DNA of 64,000 bases from Klebsiella pneumoniae (GTDB lineage Bacteria > Pseudomonadota > Gammaproteobacteria > Pseudomonadales > Pseudohongiellaceae). Shown piece by piece: positions 9,106 through 17,733 of this stretch; position 1 is the first letter of the stretch, and each line of letters starts with the position of its first letter. The notes under the pieces are model-generated. The model was not told where the DNA came from. It ran no database searches and was given only the letters and a program-made list of their open reading frames with translations. Location: the NCBI GenBank assembly GCA_945902215.1, contig CAMDML010000007.1, forward strand, positions 4,178 through 68,177, given 5' to 3'. Both the position numbers and the translations under genes were made by a program.

Positions 9106-10580
9106 ATCGCGCGCGTCACCCTGACCACTTCTTCCGGCGTGGTGAGTCCCAAGCGCAACTTGCTCAGCGCGTCTTCGCGTAACGTCAGCATGCCTTCCGC
9201 TTCCGCCTGTTTGCGGATGACGTTGGCATCGGCGCCGCTGGTGATCAGATGGCGGATTTCATCGGTGAGCATCAACAGTTCATACAGCCCCACGCGGCCA
9301 CGATAGCCGGTGCCGCCACAGCGCTCGCAGCCACTGCCGCGCTTGATCAGCGGGAAATCGTTTTTGTTGACGTTGAGGACCAGCGCTTCGTCGGCGGTCA
9401 TCGCGGCATCGTGTACGCAGCCGGTACAGACGCGGCGCACAAGGCGCTGAGCCTGAATCGCAAGCAAGCTGGAGCTCAAAAGATAACTTTCGATACCCAT
9501 GTCCTGCAGGCGTGTAACCGCGCCGGCGGCATCGTTGGTGTGTAGCGTTGAGAACACGAGGTGGCCGGTCAGCGCAGATTCGATCGCGATCTCGGCGGTT
9601 TCGTGGTCGCGGATCTCGCCGATCATCAGGATGTCCGGGTCCTGGCGCACGATGGAGCGCAAGCCTGAAGCAAAGCTGAGGCCGATGTTCGGGTTCACTT
9701 GAATCTGGGTAATGCCGTTGAGCTGATACTCCACTGGATCTTCCACGGTGACGATCTTGTGCGTCTCGTTGAGGATTTTTTCCAGCGTGGCATACAGCGT
9801 CGTGGTCTTGCCGCTACCTGTCGGACCTGTGATCAAAATCAGGCCGTGCGGCTGGGTGATCACGCGTGCGTAGTTGCGCAGGACATTCTCCGGCATGCCG
9901 AGGTCGGCAAGGTCGATCGACAGATCGCTGCGATCAAGAATACGCAGCACAATGGATTCGCCGAGCACACCGGGCAGCGTCGATACGCGCATATCGAGGT
10001 CGCGTGCGCCAACCCGGTAGTCGATGCGGCCGTCCTGCGGCAGGCGTTTTTCGCCAATGTCGAGCCGCGCCATCAACTTCAGGCGCGAGGCCACGGCCGA
10101 CTGGATCTTGACCGGCAGCCGTTCAATACGAGTCATGATGCCGTCTACACGGCAGCGGACTTCGAGATAGTTTTCATTGGGTTCGAAATGAATGTCGCTG
10201 GCATTGAGGTCCAACGCCCGCGCGAACAGATGGTTGACGAGGCGGATGATCGGCGCCTCCGAATCCATGTCGGCGAAATCTTCGTCTTGCCCCAGCACGG
10301 CGAAACTATCGTCGGTATCGGCAATTTGTGGCGACAATTCCGCACGCCAGTGCTTGATCAGCCGCGCCACCTCTTCAGCACTGCCGGCGCGGAAGGTCAC
10401 GTCGTCGCTCACCACAAAGCGCACTTTCGACCGGAAATCGATCGGTGGCAGCTGGGTGTACACCAACAGGCCGGTGGTGGCGAAATCCAGTGCTGGCGCA
10501 ATGCCGGCCGGTTCCAGCAGTTGGCTGAACACGGGCAGGGTCAAGGCGGGCAACAGTATGGCGCTCATGGTTGCATTCAT
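9102..10580 (-). CDS. gspE: Type II secretion ATPase GspE
   Basis: ASDIHFEP, RLPQDGRI, Walker A GPTGSGKTT, EDPVE, RQDPD..GEIRD, TGHLVFSTLHTN and CxxC...CxxC. ATG at 10580 overlaps the upstream stop. Confidence 0.95.
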   Translation of the reverse strand: MNATMSAILLPALTLPVFSQLLEPAGIAPALDFATTGLLVYTQLPPIDFRSKVRFVVSDDVTFRAGSAEEVARLIKHWRAELSPQIADTDDSFAVLGQDEDFADMDSEAPIIRLVNHLFARALDLNASDIHFEPNENYLEVRCRVDGIMTRIERLPVKIQSAVASRLKLMARLDIGEKRLPQDGRIDYRVGARDLDMRVSTLPGVLGESIVLRILDRSDLSIDLADLGMPENVLRNYARVITQPHGLILITGPTGSGKTTTLYATLEKILNETHKIVTVEDPVEYQLNGITQIQVNPNIGLSFASGLRSIVRQDPDILMIGEIRDHETAEIAIESALTGHLVFSTLHTNDAAGAVTRLQDMGIESYLLSSSLLAIQAQRLVRRVCTGCVHDAAMTADEALVLNVNKNDFPLIKRGSGCERCGGTGYRGRVGLYELLMLTDEIRHLITSGADANVIRKQAEAEGMLTLREDALSKLRLGLTTPEEVVRVTRAI

Positions 10581-11107
10581 CCTGCCCGGCTGAAGCCGAC
10601 AACCGTGATGCTGCCGGTGAACTGGCGGCGGTTGCGCGCGATGCTGAGCGCAGCGATATGCAGCCGTGGGCGTAACGCTTGCAGTGCGTTCAGGAACGGC
10701 AGTATCTGCCGCTCTTCCAGCGTGAAGCTCATCTCCTGTGACACCAGCAGCCACTCACCGGCATGGTCGTAAAGTGCGACCGGGGTTTCGCGCACAGTAA
10801 TGCCCGCCTGCTCCACTGCCTGGCGCAGCGCACGCTGTACGCTGCTGCCGATCAGGTTGGGGTTATCGCCTGGGAAGACCCAACTTTCGAAATCGGCGAT
10901 CTCGGCCTGCTTCAGCGTTTCGCGCTCCATCCACTGGTCCTGCTCCTGGATCAGCGTTTGGTAACGCTCGATGCGTTCTTCCAGCAGCGCAATGTCTTCG
11001 CGACCCTGGCGGTAAAAACCATACGCCATGGGCAACACGCGCACCACCAGCACCAAAGCAACCAGTACGCCTGCGAGCACCGCCAATTTTTTCAGGTTGC
11101 TAGTCAT
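10577..11107 (-). CDS. gspM: GspM/PilO-like inner-membrane T2SS component
   Basis: Single N-terminal TM, coiled coil, ferredoxin-like C-terminus (FLNALQ...RLHI..LSI). Follows the GspL-like gene. Confidence 0.65.
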   Translation of the reverse strand: MTSNLKKLAVLAGVLVALVLVVRVLPMAYGFYRQGREDIALLEERIERYQTLIQEQDQWMERETLKQAEIADFESWVFPGDNPNLIGSSVQRALRQAVEQAGITVRETPVALYDHAGEWLLVSQEMSFTLEERQILPFLNALQALRPRLHIAALSIARNRRQFTGSITVVGFSRAG

Positions 11108-11109
11108 CC

Positions 11110-12420
11110 TCAGGGTTCCACCACGGGATATTTCTGTTCATAGCCCGGGAAGTCGACACCGCTGACATTGAAGCGGATGCCAAAGCGCTGATCGCCACCT
11201 GTACTGTCGCCACCCGAACTGCTGCGACTCTGGCCCACGTTGTAGAAGTCTTCACGCTCAGCAAGCTGTTCGATCAGCAGCGCAGGGTCCTGCGCGAAGC
11301 CAGTGATGTCGACCTGCCCCTCGTCGATTTCGAACGAGGACAGCGAGCTGTCGATTAATTCATTCAGGGTCAGCAAAATCTTGCCAACATCCTGACGTGG
11401 ATACTCAGCGACGGCACCCCATGCGTCTTCCATCTGGTACACCGCGGCCTGACTCTGGCGCGCCTGTGTCGATTCTTCGCGGAGTTCCTGGCTGTTGTAT
11501 TCGAGGAGTTGGATTTGCACCCAGTTGTTGAGGAAGGGCAGGAGCAACACGCCAACCAAAACCCCTGCAGCAACCTTCGCGATGCGGCGCTGGTTGTGCG
11601 CGATCAGGTCGCGCCCGGCTTTTTCGGTTCCGGCCGGGAAGAAACAGTAGGAGGGCTGCGCACGCAGGACCTCTCGCAAGCCGCGCCACAGTTCCTGACC
11701 GCTGGCACTGATTGTCGCTGGACCTGCCTTTGCCAATTCCGCTTGCCACTGCGCTGCAAAGGCATCCTGTTCCAGATCCACTTGCCGGATGCATAGCAGT
11801 GCGCGCACCGCACTGCGGGTGCAAGTGACCAGCGTGGCGTGGCGCGAGTCCTCGTCGATCAACACTTCGTCGCTCGTGTCCGGGCGGGTTTGCAGCAACG
11901 CGAGGGTTCTGGGCATCAGTGCAGCGAGGGACAGTCCTTGGTCACTGAAGGCGGTGAATAGGGCATCTGCCTGCTGCGCTGGGTACCACAGTGCCACGCC
12001 CTCGCCGTCGCCGCCGTGCAGTCCGAGCAGTAATGCGTCGTCATACGCCGGCACCAGTGAATGCGCTTGCAGTTTCAGAGCGGAGCGCAGCATCTTGTCG
12101 CCGGAAATGCCCAAGTTGAAGCGGGTCGCGGCAAAGTCCGCGGGAGGGAGTAGCAACAGGATCGACAGCGGCGACTCGCGGCCTTGCAAGAGGCTGCGGG
12201 CAGCCTGCGCTATCTGTTTGGGTTGAGGTTTGGCGCCGGGCTCGGTAGCCTGTCGGTACTCACCGCTGGCGGTATTGATCAACACACCATCGATCAGCAC
12301 CAGACTGGCGTTGATCCGATCAAGAATTTCGCGATGTGCGGACGCGTCATACAGGGAGCGTATGGCTGTGCCGAGCTCCGGCAGCGCGAGTTTGTCAAAG
12401 GCGGCTCTGAGGGCGTTCAT
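11110..12420 (-). CDS. gspL: GspL/PilN-like inner-membrane T2SS component
   Basis: Large cytoplasmic N-domain (LLLPP..F), one TM near residue 285, PilN-like C-domain (LSSFEIDEGQVDITGFA....LIEQL...F.NV). Confidence 0.65.
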   Translation of the reverse strand: MNALRAAFDKLALPELGTAIRSLYDASAHREILDRINASLVLIDGVLINTASGEYRQATEPGAKPQPKQIAQAARSLLQGRESPLSILLLLPPADFAATRFNLGISGDKMLRSALKLQAHSLVPAYDDALLLGLHGGDGEGVALWYPAQQADALFTAFSDQGLSLAALMPRTLALLQTRPDTSDEVLIDEDSRHATLVTCTRSAVRALLCIRQVDLEQDAFAAQWQAELAKAGPATISASGQELWRGLREVLRAQPSYCFFPAGTEKAGRDLIAHNQRRIAKVAAGVLVGVLLLPFLNNWVQIQLLEYNSQELREESTQARQSQAAVYQMEDAWGAVAEYPRQDVGKILLTLNELIDSSLSSFEIDEGQVDITGFAQDPALLIEQLAEREDFYNVGQSRSSSGGDSTGGDQRFGIRFNVSGVDFPGYEQKYPVVEP

Positions 12421-12441
12421 CGGAACCGGGTTAGGCCAGGA

Positions 12442-13095
12442 TCAGCTACTGCGTTCCTTGGCGATCAGAAAGTCGACGATTTTCAGCATGTCGGCCTGCG
12501 AGGTGACCGAGTCGTTGACCGTTACCCGGTATTTACCGTTCACGATCAGGTTGGGCACACCGCGCACGCCGTAATCGCGCATCTTGGTGTCGGCCTGACG
12601 GACCCCTGAGGTCACCGTAAAGGAGCCCCATGCCTTGTCGAAATCAGCGGCAGCAACGCCTTGGGCAACAAACAGCTCACGGATGGCATCCTGCGTTTCA
12701 AGATAGTTGCCCTGCTGGTGAATTGCGCTAAAAGCCTGACTGTGGATCTTGTCGATAACACCCAATTCCATCGCTGCGAAATAAATCTGGGCATGGGTCT
12801 TCATCAGGTCGTTCCACATGCCGGGGCTGCGCACGAACACGACATCAGACGGAATCTTGACAACCCAGCTGTCTAAAAGGGGTTCGAAAGCGTAGCAATG
12901 CGGGCAGCCGTACCAAAAGATTTCGGTGACCTCGATTTTATTGGGGTCGACCGTGCGCACCGGCTCGGCAATGGTTTCGTAGTGGGTGCCTTCCAGATAG
13001 AGGGCGGGCTGGGCGGAGACCAAGGCCGCGCCGGAAAACAGCAGCACAAGGGCAACCAAGGTCTTGGCAAACAAAAAGTTGGAAAGTGTTTTCAT
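12442..13095 (-). CDS. dsbA: Thiol:disulfide interchange protein DsbA
   Basis: Signal peptide, EIFWYGCPHC, GVP cis-Pro loop, VNGKY. Start at ATG 13095. Confidence 0.95.
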   Translation of the reverse strand: MKTLSNFLFAKTLVALVLLFSGAALVSAQPALYLEGTHYETIAEPVRTVDPNKIEVTEIFWYGCPHCYAFEPLLDSWVVKIPSDVVFVRSPGMWNDLMKTHAQIYFAAMELGVIDKIHSQAFSAIHQQGNYLETQDAIRELFVAQGVAAADFDKAWGSFTVTSGVRQADTKMRDYGVRGVPNLIVNGKYRVTVNDSVTSQADMLKIVDFLIAKERSS

Positions 13096-13159
13096 AGAGA
13101 TTCCCGTTTTTGATGGCTGGCATAGCCGAACGTCTATCAGGGGCGCCGAGTATGCCATC

Positions 13160-13186
13160 AAAAAGGGCGCCTTGGGCACCCTTTTT
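13160..13186 (-). terminator. Intrinsic terminator downstream of cytochrome c4
   Basis: The minus strand reads AAAAAGGGTGCC-CAA-GGCGCCC-TTTTT (7-bp stem with one G-U pair, then a U-tract). Confidence 0.75.
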
Positions 13187-13225
13187 ACCCCGGTTCCGCT
13201 GAATCCGGGCTGAACCCGGATGGGG

Positions 13226-13876
13226 TCAACGCAGGCCGGAAATAAAGGAGGCAAGGGCCGCAATTTCGGCGTCATTCAGGCGGGCAGCGTTGGTGCGCAT
13301 AACTTCTGCTTCGTCATTCATCCGCTCCCCGGCGCGGAAGGCCTTGAGCTGCAATTCGGTGTATGCCGCGTCTTGGCCACTCAGCGCCGGGTAGCCGGCA
13401 GCATGGTTGCCCGCCCCGTTGGGGGCATGGCAGGCCGAGCAGGCGGCCACGCCGATACTGGCATTTCCAGCCCGGAACAGGGTTTCGCCCAGCTCACGTT
13501 TGGCCGGATCCACGGCACCTTGAGGTGCACTCTGGCTGGAGAACCAGGCGGCGATATCGGCCAGATCCTGGTCCGTCATGGCGTTCAGCATGCCGGTCAT
13601 CAAAGGGACGGCGCGCGTGCCGCTCTTGATTTCCACCAGTTGCTTGGTCAAATAGCGCTCTCCCTGACCACCCAGTTTAGGGACATTGGGCAGCAGGCTG
13701 TCATTGCCGCTTGCGCCATGGCAGGCCGCGCAAACCGCGGTTTTTGCCTGGCCAGCCTGAGCATCACCCTGAGCCAGTGCAGTACTGGTCGCGAGGATGA
13801 GCAGCAAAGCGGACAGGGCAGTTTTCACAAAACTCTGGATGGTCACGTTCTTGGTGGTCACATTCTTGGCTGTCAC
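13226..13876 (-). CDS. Di-heme cytochrome c4
   Basis: Signal peptide, two CxxCH motifs (CAACH, CSACH), P.L.GQ..Y...QL repeats. Lies between yihA and dsbA as in Pseudomonas. Several in-frame GTG starts are possible. Confidence 0.93.
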   Translation of the reverse strand: MTAKNVTTKNVTIQSFVKTALSALLLILATSTALAQGDAQAGQAKTAVCAACHGASGNDSLLPNVPKLGGQGERYLTKQLVEIKSGTRAVPLMTGMLNAMTDQDLADIAAWFSSQSAPQGAVDPAKRELGETLFRAGNASIGVAACSACHAPNGAGNHAAGYPALSGQDAAYTELQLKAFRAGERMNDEAEVMRTNAARLNDAEIAALASFISGLR

Positions 13877-14064
13877 AAGTTATTCCTGTAAGCGGGTTTG
13901 CCTATCTATCTATCATCCTATCATCAGCCTGGCTGGCGTTAGTGTCCCGAGGACTCCGATGCGGCTGGCACTGCGGGGGCCGTGTTACAATTCGGCCCGT
14001 TTTAAGCGGGCGAAGTATACCCTAACGCCCGATCCTTCCCCAAGTTGGCCAAGCAGGAATATCC

Positions 14065-14712
14065 GTGTCCGAACCCGCAGTTGGCGGTAGCCTTAACTAC
14101 AATCTGGCGCGCTATCTGATCAGCGCCAGTACCCTTGAACAGTGCCCCCCTGACGAAGCCCGTGAAGTCGCTTTCGTGGGGCGGTCCAACGCAGGCAAGT
14201 CCAGCGCAATCAATGTGCTGACCGCCCAGACCAAGCTGGCTCGCACCAGCAAGACCCCCGGGCGTACCCAGTTATTGAACTATTTTGAAGTGGCCCCCCA
14301 GCGTTACATCGTGGATCTGCCCGGTTTCGGCTATGCCAAAGTACCCCTGGAAATGAAGAATCGGTGGCAGCGGCAGTTGGAGAAGTACTTACAGAGTCGA
14401 CAATCCCTACAGGGCCTGGTGCTCCTGATGGACATACGCCACCCCTTCAAAGAACTCGACGAAATGCTGGTCCAGTGGTGCCATGACTCCGAGCTGCCAC
14501 TGCACATCCTGCTAACCAAGTCAGACAAACTGAGTGGTGGCGCCGCCCGAGCCACCCTGCAAATCGTCCGCAAAAGACTTGAAACCTTAGGGCCAAATAT
14601 GACCACCCAGCTGTTTTCGGCCCTGTCGAAAGAAGGCGCAGAAGACCTGCGAGCCAAACTGGACAGCTGGCTGGTCCCAGCAGAGACCGTCGAGGAAAAA
14701 ACAGGGGGGTAA
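14065..14712 (+). CDS. yihA: Ribosome biogenesis GTPase YihA/EngB
   Basis: GRSNAGKSS, SKTPGRT, DLPGFG and TKSD G1-G4 motifs. Confidence 0.96.
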   Translation: MSEPAVGGSLNYNLARYLISASTLEQCPPDEAREVAFVGRSNAGKSSAINVLTAQTKLARTSKTPGRTQLLNYFEVAPQRYIVDLPGFGYAKVPLEMKNRWQRQLEKYLQSRQSLQGLVLLMDIRHPFKELDEMLVQWCHDSELPLHILLTKSDKLSGGAARATLQIVRKRLETLGPNMTTQLFSALSKEGAEDLRAKLDSWLVPAETVEEKTGG

Positions 14713-14826
14713 AAAGAAGCGGGCCCTAACCACAGGAGAAGGCAGTTAGGGCCCGGCAATTCCCGGTAAACCGGGAGTTATCTCAAACAGCAAGTTGGAA
14801 AATCGGGGAGAAAACCAGCTTGCTGT
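14711..14826 (-). ncRNA. Putative small RNA at the ErsA/Spot 42 locus (polA-yihA intergenic)
   Basis: Upstream GAACTT-N16-TCATA promoter. Three hairpins, the last followed by TTCTTTTT. Position matches spf (E. coli) and ersA (Pseudomonas). Sequence homology to either is unverified. Confidence 0.7.
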
Positions 14827-14830
14827 ATCT

Positions 14831-14857
14831 TATGACTGTCAGCAAACCAAGAAGTTC
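14831..14857 (-). promoter_or_regulatory. sigmaE/AlgU-type promoter
   Basis: Minus strand GAACTT (14857-14852), 16-nt spacer, TCATA (14835-14831). Matches GAACTT-N16/17-TCnnA. Confidence 0.75.
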
Positions 14858-14937
14858 ATTCCTGTAGATAAAATTTTTACAGATTCGCTCGTTCCAACAC
14901 TGACACAGCCGCCAACCATTAAAAGAATGGGCCGGCG

Positions 14938-17733
14938 TCAGTGCGCCTGATCCCAGTTATAACCTTGGCCCACATCCACCACCAGCGGTACCGACAGCGC
15001 GGCCGCCGACACCATGCGGAAGCGTACCCCCTCCTTCAATAATGGCAGGTCGGCCTCGGCCACCTCAAACACGAGCTCATCGTGCACTTGGAGCACCATT
15101 CGGGCATCAAGTTCCGCCACCTTCAGCCACTGGTCGATATCGATCATCGCTTGCTTGATGAGATCGGCAGCGGTGCCCTGCATCGGCGCGTTGATGGCGG
15201 TGCGCTCGGCGGCTTTTCTGAGCATTTGGTTCGACGCGCGGATGTCCGGTAAATACAGCCTGCGGCCAAACAGCGTTTCGACATAGCCGAGCTCGTTGGC
15301 CTGCACCCGCGTGTTATCCATGTATTCGCGCACGCCTGGATAGCGCTGGAAGTAGCGCTCAACATATTCCTGCGCTTCACCACGCCCAATGCCGAGCTGC
15401 TTGGCGAGGCCAAACGCCGACATGCCGTAGATAAGGCCGAAATTGATCGCCTTCGCGCTGCGACGCTGGTCTGTGGTGACTTTGTCTACCGTGATACCGA
15501 AGATTTCGGCAGCGGTGGCGCGGTGCACATCGAGGCCTTCAGCGAACGCATTCACCAAGCCCTTGTCGCGCGACAAGTGCGCCATGATGCGCAATTCAAC
15601 CTGTGAATAGTCAGCCGACATCAGCACGTTGCCAGGATCGGGAATGAACGCCTGACGGATACGCCGCCCTTCTTCCGTGCGGATCGGAATGTTCTGCAGG
15701 TTGGGATCGGTGGACGACAGACGCCCGGTCGCCGCAATCGCTTGCTGGAAGGAGCTGTGAATGCGTTTGGTTTCAGGATGGATGTCGAGCGGCAGCTTGT
15801 CGGTATACGTGGACTTCAGTTTGGCGAGGCCGCGCTGTTCGAGAATCACGCGCGGCAGCTCATGGTTCTCGGCAAGCTCTTGCAGCACCGGCTCGGCCGT
15901 AGATGGCTGACCAGTTGCAGTTTTGCCAAGCACCGGACAGCCGAGTTTTTCATACAGGATTTTCTGCAACTGCGCCGGCGAGCCGAGATTGAATTCCTCG
16001 CCCGCCAGTTTGAACGCTTCACGCTCAAGCTCCTGCAAGCGCACGGCAAGCTCCTGGCTCTGCTTGCCCAGCACCTGCACGTCGACGCGAATGCCGTTTT
16101 GTTCCATGCGCGTCAGCACCGGCACCAGCGGGATTTCGAAATAGCGGTAGACCTCAGCGAGCTGGCCGGTTTGTTGCAACTTGTTCGTCAGAATGCGCTG
16201 CAAACGGAAGCAGTAATCGGCGCAGCTGGCCGACCACGCACCCGCTTGCGCAATGTCGAGCTGCGCAAAGGTAAGTTTGTTGCGGCCCTTGCCAAGCAAT
16301 TCTTCCAGCAAGGGCAGATCAAGTTCGAGATGTTCTTTGCAAAGCCGCTCCAGGGTGTGTTTGTGCGCCACTGAATTGAGCACATAGGACTGCAGCATCA
16401 AGTCGTAGCGGCGACCGCGCAGGTTGATACCGTGATTCAACAGCACGTGGCTGCTGTGCTTGAGATCGTGACCGATCTTGAACAGCTCCTGCTTTTCCAG
16501 CGCGGGCTTCAACGCGGCAAGGACATCCGCAAGCGGCAGCTGCGCTTCCGCGCCCAGCATGTCGTGCGCCACGGGAATGTAGCTGGCGTGTCCTGCTGCA
16601 TGACTCACCGAAATGCCGATGATGCGGGCGAGTTTGTAATGCGCGCTGTCGGTCTCAACGGCCAGCGCCATCAGCTTGTTTTTGGCGAGTGCGGCGGCGA
16701 GCACTTGCAATGCTGCCGCGGTGTTGACAATGTCGTAATAGACTTCGGTCGGTGCGGCAGGTTCAGGTTCGGTTGTTAATTCGGGCTGGGCAGTGCTTGT
16801 TGCAGTTGGAGCAGCCTGTTTGGCGGTGCTGGTATTTTTGCCTTCTGTTGCGCCTTCGCTTTCTTTCACGCTTTCGCTTTCCAGCTCCTTGACCCAGCTT
16901 TTGAACTCCAGCGTTTTGAAGAGAGCGAGCAACGCACTCTTGTCGGCCGGCTGATGTTTCAGCTCGGCCGGGCCGAACTCAAGTTTGACATCGAGCTTGA
17001 TTGTCGCAAGACGTTCCGACAGCGCGAGCTTGTCGAGATTGCCGCGCAAATTTTCGCCGGCCTTGCCCTTGATGCTATCTGCTTTCTCCACCAGATTCGC
17101 CAGCGTGCCGTATTCCTGCAGCCACTTCACAGCGGTTTTTGGCCCGACCCCGGGCACGCCGGGGATGTTGTCGGACGAATCGCCCATCAAGGCGAGATAT
17201 TCGACAATGCGCTCCGGCGGCAAGCCGAACTTGGCGGTGACACCGTCGCGGTCGAGCGTTTCGTTGGTCATCGTATTCAGCAGGGTGACGTGGTCGTTGA
17301 CGAGCTGCGTCATGTCCTTGTCGCCGGTCGAGATCAGCGTGCGGATTTTCTGTTCCCATGCCTGTTGCGCCAGTGTCCCAATCACATCATCTGCTTCGAC
17401 GCCATCAACGATCAACAACGGCAGGCCCATTGCGCGAATCAGTGTGTGGATCGGTTCGATCTGGCTGCGCAGCTCCTCCGGCATCGGCGGCCGGTGTGCT
17501 TTGTACTCTGGGTAGATGTCGTCGCGAAAAGTCTTGCCCTTGGCATCGAACACAACGGCAATGGGGCTGTCGGGATATTGCTTGAGCAAGCTGCGGATCA
17601 TGTTGATGACGCCCTTGATCGCGCCAGTCTGCTGACCTCGGGTGGTCGTTAGCGGGGGCAGCGCATGAAAGGCGCGGAACAGATAGGAGGAGCCATCTAC
17701 AAGAATCAACGGCACCTGGTTTGTTTCACTCAC
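14938..17733 (-). CDS. polA: DNA polymerase I (3'-5' exonuclease motifs degenerate)
   Basis: 5'-3' exonuclease (LVDGSSYLFRAFHA, EADD, GDKD, GDSSDN) and polymerase motifs A/B/C (DYSQVELR, RRSAKAINFGLIYG, VHDE). Confidence 0.98.
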   Translation of the reverse strand: MSETNQVPLILVDGSSYLFRAFHALPPLTTTRGQQTGAIKGVINMIRSLLKQYPDSPIAVVFDAKGKTFRDDIYPEYKAHRPPMPEELRSQIEPIHTLIRAMGLPLLIVDGVEADDVIGTLAQQAWEQKIRTLISTGDKDMTQLVNDHVTLLNTMTNETLDRDGVTAKFGLPPERIVEYLALMGDSSDNIPGVPGVGPKTAVKWLQEYGTLANLVEKADSIKGKAGENLRGNLDKLALSERLATIKLDVKLEFGPAELKHQPADKSALLALFKTLEFKSWVKELESESVKESEGATEGKNTSTAKQAAPTATSTAQPELTTEPEPAAPTEVYYDIVNTAAALQVLAAALAKNKLMALAVETDSAHYKLARIIGISVSHAAGHASYIPVAHDMLGAEAQLPLADVLAALKPALEKQELFKIGHDLKHSSHVLLNHGINLRGRRYDLMLQSYVLNSVAHKHTLERLCKEHLELDLPLLEELLGKGRNKLTFAQLDIAQAGAWSASCADYCFRLQRILTNKLQQTGQLAEVYRYFEIPLVPVLTRMEQNGIRVDVQVLGKQSQELAVRLQELEREAFKLAGEEFNLGSPAQLQKILYEKLGCPVLGKTATGQPSTAEPVLQELAENHELPRVILEQRGLAKLKSTYTDKLPLDIHPETKRIHSSFQQAIAATGRLSSTDPNLQNIPIRTEEGRRIRQAFIPDPGNVLMSADYSQVELRIMAHLSRDKGLVNAFAEGLDVHRATAAEIFGITVDKVTTDQRRSAKAINFGLIYGMSAFGLAKQLGIGRGEAQEYVERYFQRYPGVREYMDNTRVQANELGYVETLFGRRLYLPDIRASNQMLRKAAERTAINAPMQGTAADLIKQAMIDIDQWLKVAELDARMVLQVHDELVFEVAEADLPLLKEGVRFRMVSAAALSVPLVVDVGQGYNWDQAH

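Noticed and set aside
9699..10772. 357-aa plus-strand ORF, and similar long ORFs at 47889-49010, 51352-52323 and 59295-60203
   Set aside because: They overlap well-conserved genes (gspE, glyS, gyrB, yidC/mnmE), show no motifs, and are expected from codon bias in GC-rich DNA.
3690..12420. Interpreting the pilin-like cluster as a type IV or MSHA pilus
   Set aside because: GspG and GspK signatures are clear and no PilT retraction ATPase is present, so T2SS fits better.
2621..13275. Extended N-termini given in the ORF track for gspK, gspH, gspE and dsbA (likewise wzt, hemF, fmt, glyS, gmhB, dprA)
   Set aside because: The extensions overlap upstream genes or a terminator. Downstream ATGs match the family N-termini and stop/start coupling.
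14720..14826. Plus-strand CsrB/RsmY-like RNA (GGA in hairpin loops)
   Set aside because: Only two GGA loops. The promoter and the terminator U-tract both point to the minus strand.
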